Positions 60,130 through 64,000 of a DNA stretch of 64,000 nucleotides are shown here, in pieces. Numbering within the stretch: the first letter of the stretch is position 1; each line of letters opens with the position of its first letter. The stretch spans positions 26,796 to 90,795 of the forward strand of contig JAXGPF010000015.1 of NCBI GenBank assembly GCA_040767085.1, given 5' to 3'. The notes below the pieces were generated by a model, which was not told the DNA's origin, did not search any database, and saw only the letters and a program-made list of their open reading frames with translations. This DNA is from Kiritimatiellia bacterium (GTDB lineage Bacteria; Verrucomicrobiota; Kiritimatiellia; JAAZAB01). The translations under genes and the position numbers were made by a program.

Positions 60130-61293
60130 TCACCCGTCCGAGGAACCGCGAACGGGCGTTTTTTTGTAAGTCCGGGCGTCATTTTTCGCGTGTGCAAGCT
60201 CTTGTAATTCTACGACAGAAATTTGCCAGTCACACGCAGAGCAACGCACCACACCACCGGACACCGATGCCAGGGCGCCGCATTGCAGGCACGCCAAATC
60301 AGGACGCGCCACAACAGGATTAAGCACGGCTGGATTTTTGCCAAAGATTTTTTCAAGCTCTCGCAGGTATTGACCGCGTAACTTGCGCCGGATTGCTTGC
60401 CATTGCCGATAGCCTTGCATCCGCGTCAGGCCCAGCACCGCGGCCACCGCCGGCGGCGATGGAAGCGCATATTTCAGCTTTGCTTGTGTGTTTTCGAGCT
60501 TGGCATATCGGATAATTCCGCCCAGGATGCGGCGGTTTTTCGGCGCAAATTCTTGAACAATGCGGCGCAACCCGGCATAGTCATTGCCGCGTATCATGCC
60601 GAAAACATAGTCGGAAACCCATTGCATCAGCCGGTCACGCTGTTGATCCGGCGCACTCGTGAACATATCCGCCGGCATGTTGTAGCGTAGCGCGATAGAT
60701 TTTAACAACTCCATATTGCGCGGTATAATCGGCTTGCTACGCCATAGCCAATAAATTCTTTTGCCAATGCGATTTGATAAGACCCGGAACGCCCCGGCAT
60801 AAGCGCCGTCATACCGCCCTCGCGCCGCCGGCTGGTATTCCGAGGCATAGAACATTGATTGCAGATAGTAAACCTCTTTTGCCGTAAGTAGCTTTACCAT
60901 CCCGCGCGCCCATTGCTTGACCGTATCAGGCACCGCCGCCAATGGCACCAGGTCAATTTCATCCGGCACGCCTGGCTTGAGTTGACGCTTCCGGCCCCGA
61001 CGCTTGCAACGCAGATAATCCAGGACGCCGGCGCCCATATTCCAAGGCGGATATTCGCGCCAGTTCCCGCCGTGATCCTGTTCAAAGGCGTATCGCATAC
61101 GGGCAAGGAATTCCACGCCCTGCTGATTGTCCCGCAATGCCGAGACCGCCGCCGCGTCGAATAACGCCGCCCGCCCCTGGCCGCCCGTCCCCGGCATAGG
61201 CGTAATCCGCCCCAGGCGCACCCAATCCGAAAGGGAACGCGCAGAGACTCCCAAAACCCGGCTTGCTTCCCGCGTTGACAGTGTTGTTTTCAC
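60130..61293 (-). CDS. Hypothetical DNA-binding protein (MerR/Xis-like HTH, unknown core, zinc ribbon)
   Basis: LSTREASRVLGVSARSLSDWVRLGRI; CLQC...CSAC near the C-terminus. Confidence 0.65.
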   Translation of the reverse strand: MKTTLSTREASRVLGVSARSLSDWVRLGRITPMPGTGGQGRAALFDAAAVSALRDNQQGVEFLARMRYAFEQDHGGNWREYPPWNMGAGVLDYLRCKRRGRKRQLKPGVPDEIDLVPLAAVPDTVKQWARGMVKLLTAKEVYYLQSMFYASEYQPAARGRYDGAYAGAFRVLSNRIGKRIYWLWRSKPIIPRNMELLKSIALRYNMPADMFTSAPDQQRDRLMQWVSDYVFGMIRGNDYAGLRRIVQEFAPKNRRILGGIIRYAKLENTQAKLKYALPSPPAVAAVLGLTRMQGYRQWQAIRRKLRGQYLRELEKIFGKNPAVLNPVVARPDLACLQCGALASVSGGVVRCSACDWQISVVELQELAHAKNDARTYKKTPVRGSSDG

Positions 61294-61304
61294 TTATGAA
61301 GCAA

Positions 61305-61332
61305 ATGTTACACCGTTACAGTGTGAAGTCAA
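61305..61332 (-). promoter_or_regulatory. sigma70 promoter just upstream of GTG 61293
   Basis: TTGACT-N16-TAACAT containing a TGTAAC direct repeat. Confidence 0.55.
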
Positions 61333-61830
61333 GAGTTTTAACGCGAAGCGGATCGCCGATGCCGTCAAATAGGCAGATTGCTAAAATGCTTGGTATTCCG
61401 CGCCGTTCAGTTGATTTAAAACTTGCCCACCTTAAAGGGTTGATAGGAAAGGAATTAAAATAAAATTATAGTCATATTTTGCCCACCTTCCCCTTTCTTA
61501 TAAGTGAGGGGATATATAGGCGGCGACAAAAGTTCATCGTCATATTGCGCGAGTGGGACAAGAAATCAAGGCTTTATCCTAAGTATAAGACTGTTTTTAA
61601 AAGAGAATTGAGACAAGCCCCCTTTATTTATAAGGGGGTGAAACTTCCGGACGCCTCGACGGTTAGTCATTATGCGCGCCGGACGCCCCCGAACTTTACA
61701 CAGGGGGGCGCATGGCACTATCCGTAGCACAGATTGACGCGGCAATCACAGCGATCAACTGCGGAAGCGATTAGGCTTTTTTTTAAGCAGATATTGAAGA
61801 ACTAAAAATTCAGCAAGGAGGGGGGGCGGC

Positions 61831-62049
61831 ATGAGCGGCACAAACTCAATCGGACAACGGCGGCGGGCAATCGGATTCACGGCGCAGGAACTCGCGGACA
61901 TGATCCGCGCGCAAATTCCCAGCATGACCGAGAACAGGTTAACGAAGATCGAAACCGGGAGACTGAAAGCCAGGCCGGAGGAAAAGGAAATCATTGCCCG
62001 GCTTTTGGGATGCCGGACATGGGAACTGGATTGCGAGGTGAACCAATGA
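61831..62049 (+). CDS. XRE/Cro-like HTH regulator
   Basis: RRRAIGFTAQELAD...LTKIETGR...IARLLG; AAGGAGG RBS. Confidence 0.8.
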   Translation: MSGTNSIGQRRRAIGFTAQELADMIRAQIPSMTENRLTKIETGRLKARPEEKEIIARLLGCRTWELDCEVNQ

Positions 62050-62336
62050 GCGCCGCCAACATCGAAATTGCCCGCCTTGCTATCCGTGGACTTTCGGCAA
62101 AAGACCGCGCCGCCCTGCTCCGGGACTTGACCGCGCAGACCGCCGAACAGCCGCCGGAGCGGTTACTTCGGCGCGCAGCGGTTGCGGCCCGGCTTTCATG
62201 TTCGTTGCGCTTGGTGGACTTACTCGCCGCCCGCGGTCAGTTGACCCGGATTAAACTTCCGGGACGGCAGAGGGGCAATGGATTTTTGCAGTCGGAGGTG
62301 GCGGCCTTGCTGGCCGGCGGAGGCAACCATGGCTAA
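62046..62336 (+). CDS. AlpA/excisionase-like HTH protein
   Basis: RLLRRAAVAARLSCSLRLVD...SEVAALL; ATGA overlap with the upstream gene. Confidence 0.72.
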   Translation: MSAANIEIARLAIRGLSAKDRAALLRDLTAQTAEQPPERLLRRAAVAARLSCSLRLVDLLAARGQLTRIKLPGRQRGNGFLQSEVAALLAGGGNHG

Positions 62337-63735
62337 AATAATTCAATCACCAGCCGGCCAATCACCGGACACCAGCGCGGAGACCGCCTTGCTTGGCGCG
62401 ATCCTGGCCGATTACGGGCGAGTAATGCCAGCGGTGAACGCCGCCGGGATTACAACATCGGACTTTTACAGTCCGGACAACAGGCGGCTATTTTCTGCCA
62501 TGCTGGAAATGTATGCCGCCGGCGCGCCGATTGATACATTGACGGTCAGCCGCAAAACCGGCATGGAAGTCATTGCGCTTGATGCGGTCATGCAGGCATG
62601 TCCAACCCCGGCCCACGCGCAGCACTACATTATCCAGGTGCAGGCCGCCGCCCAGCGCCGCCACCTGGTGGAAATCGGCGCGGAATTGCAGGAAGCGACC
62701 ACGGACGACCGCGACCCGGCAGACATTGCCGCCAGCATCCGCGCGCGCCTGGACGCCATCCAGAGCGCAAATAACCACACATTCCCCCCCATCCATTGGC
62801 ATGACCTTAAAGACTACGAACCCCCGCCAGATCATACCATTGCCGGCGCGGGTATATTACGCCGCAGCGACGGAACGCTGTTGACGGCCGGCACCGGGCA
62901 GGGGAAATCCGTGCTGGCGATGCAGATATGCGTTGATGTTGCCGCCGGTATTCCGATTCTGGGCTGCATCCGCGTCGAAAAGCCAATGCGCGTGATGCTC
63001 ATCGAACCCGAAAACGACAAAATCACCCTTAAACGCGACTTATCCGCCATCATGGCCAACGACCCCGGCCGCCCCGACCCCGGCTTGGTAGATAACAACT
63101 TGCGGATATTCCATGTTTTCAACATGCCCCCCGACCACCTGGCGGCATTTATTCGACAGGAGGCAAGGCGCTTCCGCCCCGACCTGCTGGCAATTGACCC
63201 GTATCAGGCGTTTATGCCGCCGGGCACCGATTTGAATAATTCCGCGTCGTTTTTGTCATTTGTGCAACCGATTCAAAAACTCATTGCCGAGCTTAATTGC
63301 GCGTTGCTGCTTATCGCCCACACCCCAAAGCCACGAGACCGGGAGGCATGGACAGCAAGGGAATCCGTCTACATGGCCGCGGGAACATCCGCCATTTCCA
63401 ACTGGGCACGCGCCAGCATGGAGTTGACCCAGGCGGGCGACCTTGACGGGAAATATCGCTTGCGCTTCGGTAAAAACGCCGAGCGAAACGGATTGACCAC
63501 CGAGGCCGGCGGCATAGTCCGCGACCTTTATATTGAACACTCCGGGAGCAGCAAAGCGCCCTGGTGGAAGTTGTCAGACTCCCAGGAGCCGCCGGCGCCC
63601 ATATCGGCCAAGGGCCATGAGATCATGCGGCTGGCGATAGAGGAGCCGGGATTGTCTTACCGGGAGATTGCGGAGCGCGTCGGATGTTCTAAAGCCACCG
63701 TCGCGACATGGTACCCCAAAAACAAAGAGGATTGA
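62329..63735 (+). CDS. Replication protein: DnaB N-terminal domain, AAA_25/RepA-type helicase, C-terminal HTH
   Basis: AETALLGAIL..DFY..NRRLFSAM (DnaB-N); AGTGQGKS; LLAIDP; HTPK; LSYREIAERVGCSKATV. Confidence 0.82.
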   Translation: MAKIIQSPAGQSPDTSAETALLGAILADYGRVMPAVNAAGITTSDFYSPDNRRLFSAMLEMYAAGAPIDTLTVSRKTGMEVIALDAVMQACPTPAHAQHYIIQVQAAAQRRHLVEIGAELQEATTDDRDPADIAASIRARLDAIQSANNHTFPPIHWHDLKDYEPPPDHTIAGAGILRRSDGTLLTAGTGQGKSVLAMQICVDVAAGIPILGCIRVEKPMRVMLIEPENDKITLKRDLSAIMANDPGRPDPGLVDNNLRIFHVFNMPPDHLAAFIRQEARRFRPDLLAIDPYQAFMPPGTDLNNSASFLSFVQPIQKLIAELNCALLLIAHTPKPRDREAWTARESVYMAAGTSAISNWARASMELTQAGDLDGKYRLRFGKNAERNGLTTEAGGIVRDLYIEHSGSSKAPWWKLSDSQEPPAPISAKGHEIMRLAIEEPGLSYREIAERVGCSKATVATWYPKNKED

Positions 63736-63748
63736 AATGCTCAAAAAT

Positions 63749-63935
63749 CGTTCAGTTTATCGTTCAGTTGACTATCAAAAAATGACCCCAAAAACAGAGG
63801 TCAAGCCCGGCCATAAAAAGGGCGTATCGTTCAGTTCACCCCTTAAGGGGGGTGAACGACTGAACGCTACGAAACGCCCCCTTATTTATGGCGTTCACTG
63901 AACGCTAACTGAACGCTACTGAACGATGACCGAAC
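63749..63935. repeat. Iteron array, putative replication origin
   Basis: CGTTCAGT at 63749, 63761, 63828; ACTGAACG at 63859, 63897, 63908, 63918; central palindrome 63834-63857. Confidence 0.75.
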
Positions 63936-64000
63936 AAGGCAAGAAAATGAAGCCACAAACCTACATCTTAAAGACCGCCGGCGTCGTAGTAACCGGCACT

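Larger units (their letters stand above)
58666..64000. mobile_element. Integrated phage-satellite/IME-like element (continues past the window)
   Basis: att fragment, integrase, HTH regulators, helicase and iteron array. Confidence 0.82.

Noticed and set aside
63749-63935. CRISPR array
   Set aside because: Units are 8 bp, in both orientations and irregularly spaced; no cas genes in the window

Overview
GC-rich bacterial chromosome segment. Gene content and protein style suggest the PVC superphylum (Kiritimatiellota/Lentisphaerota-like), which is an inference. 1-31.8 kb is mostly housekeeping: sigma54-driven hsp20, larC/larB, glyQS, transporters, a radical SAM gene, pilC/pilB, a GT-C glycosyltransferase, a sugar oxidoreductase/aminotransferase/SSS cluster, and rsmD-coaD-yceD-rpmF-plsX-fabH-fabD. 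It also carries three copies of a ~260-bp hairpin-rich MITE-like element with terminal inverted repeats; two copies have target-site duplications. 32-58.5 kb is an accessory secreted-enzyme region: a papain-like peptidase, then alternating paralogs of a large CBM/TIM-barrel glycoside-hydrolase-like protein (x3) and a beta-helix protein (x3, all ending in G-x5-R-stop), two ceramidase-like amidohydrolases, an AraC regulator and a GH20b-domain protein. The paralogs show a ~1.16-kb apparently identical tract, mosaic similarity and in-frame octamer repeats. From 58.67 kb, a tRNA-Thr(TGT) 3' fragment (att site) begins an integrated satellite/IME-like element with an integrase, regulators, a DnaB-N/AAA helicase and an iteron origin; it runs off the window.
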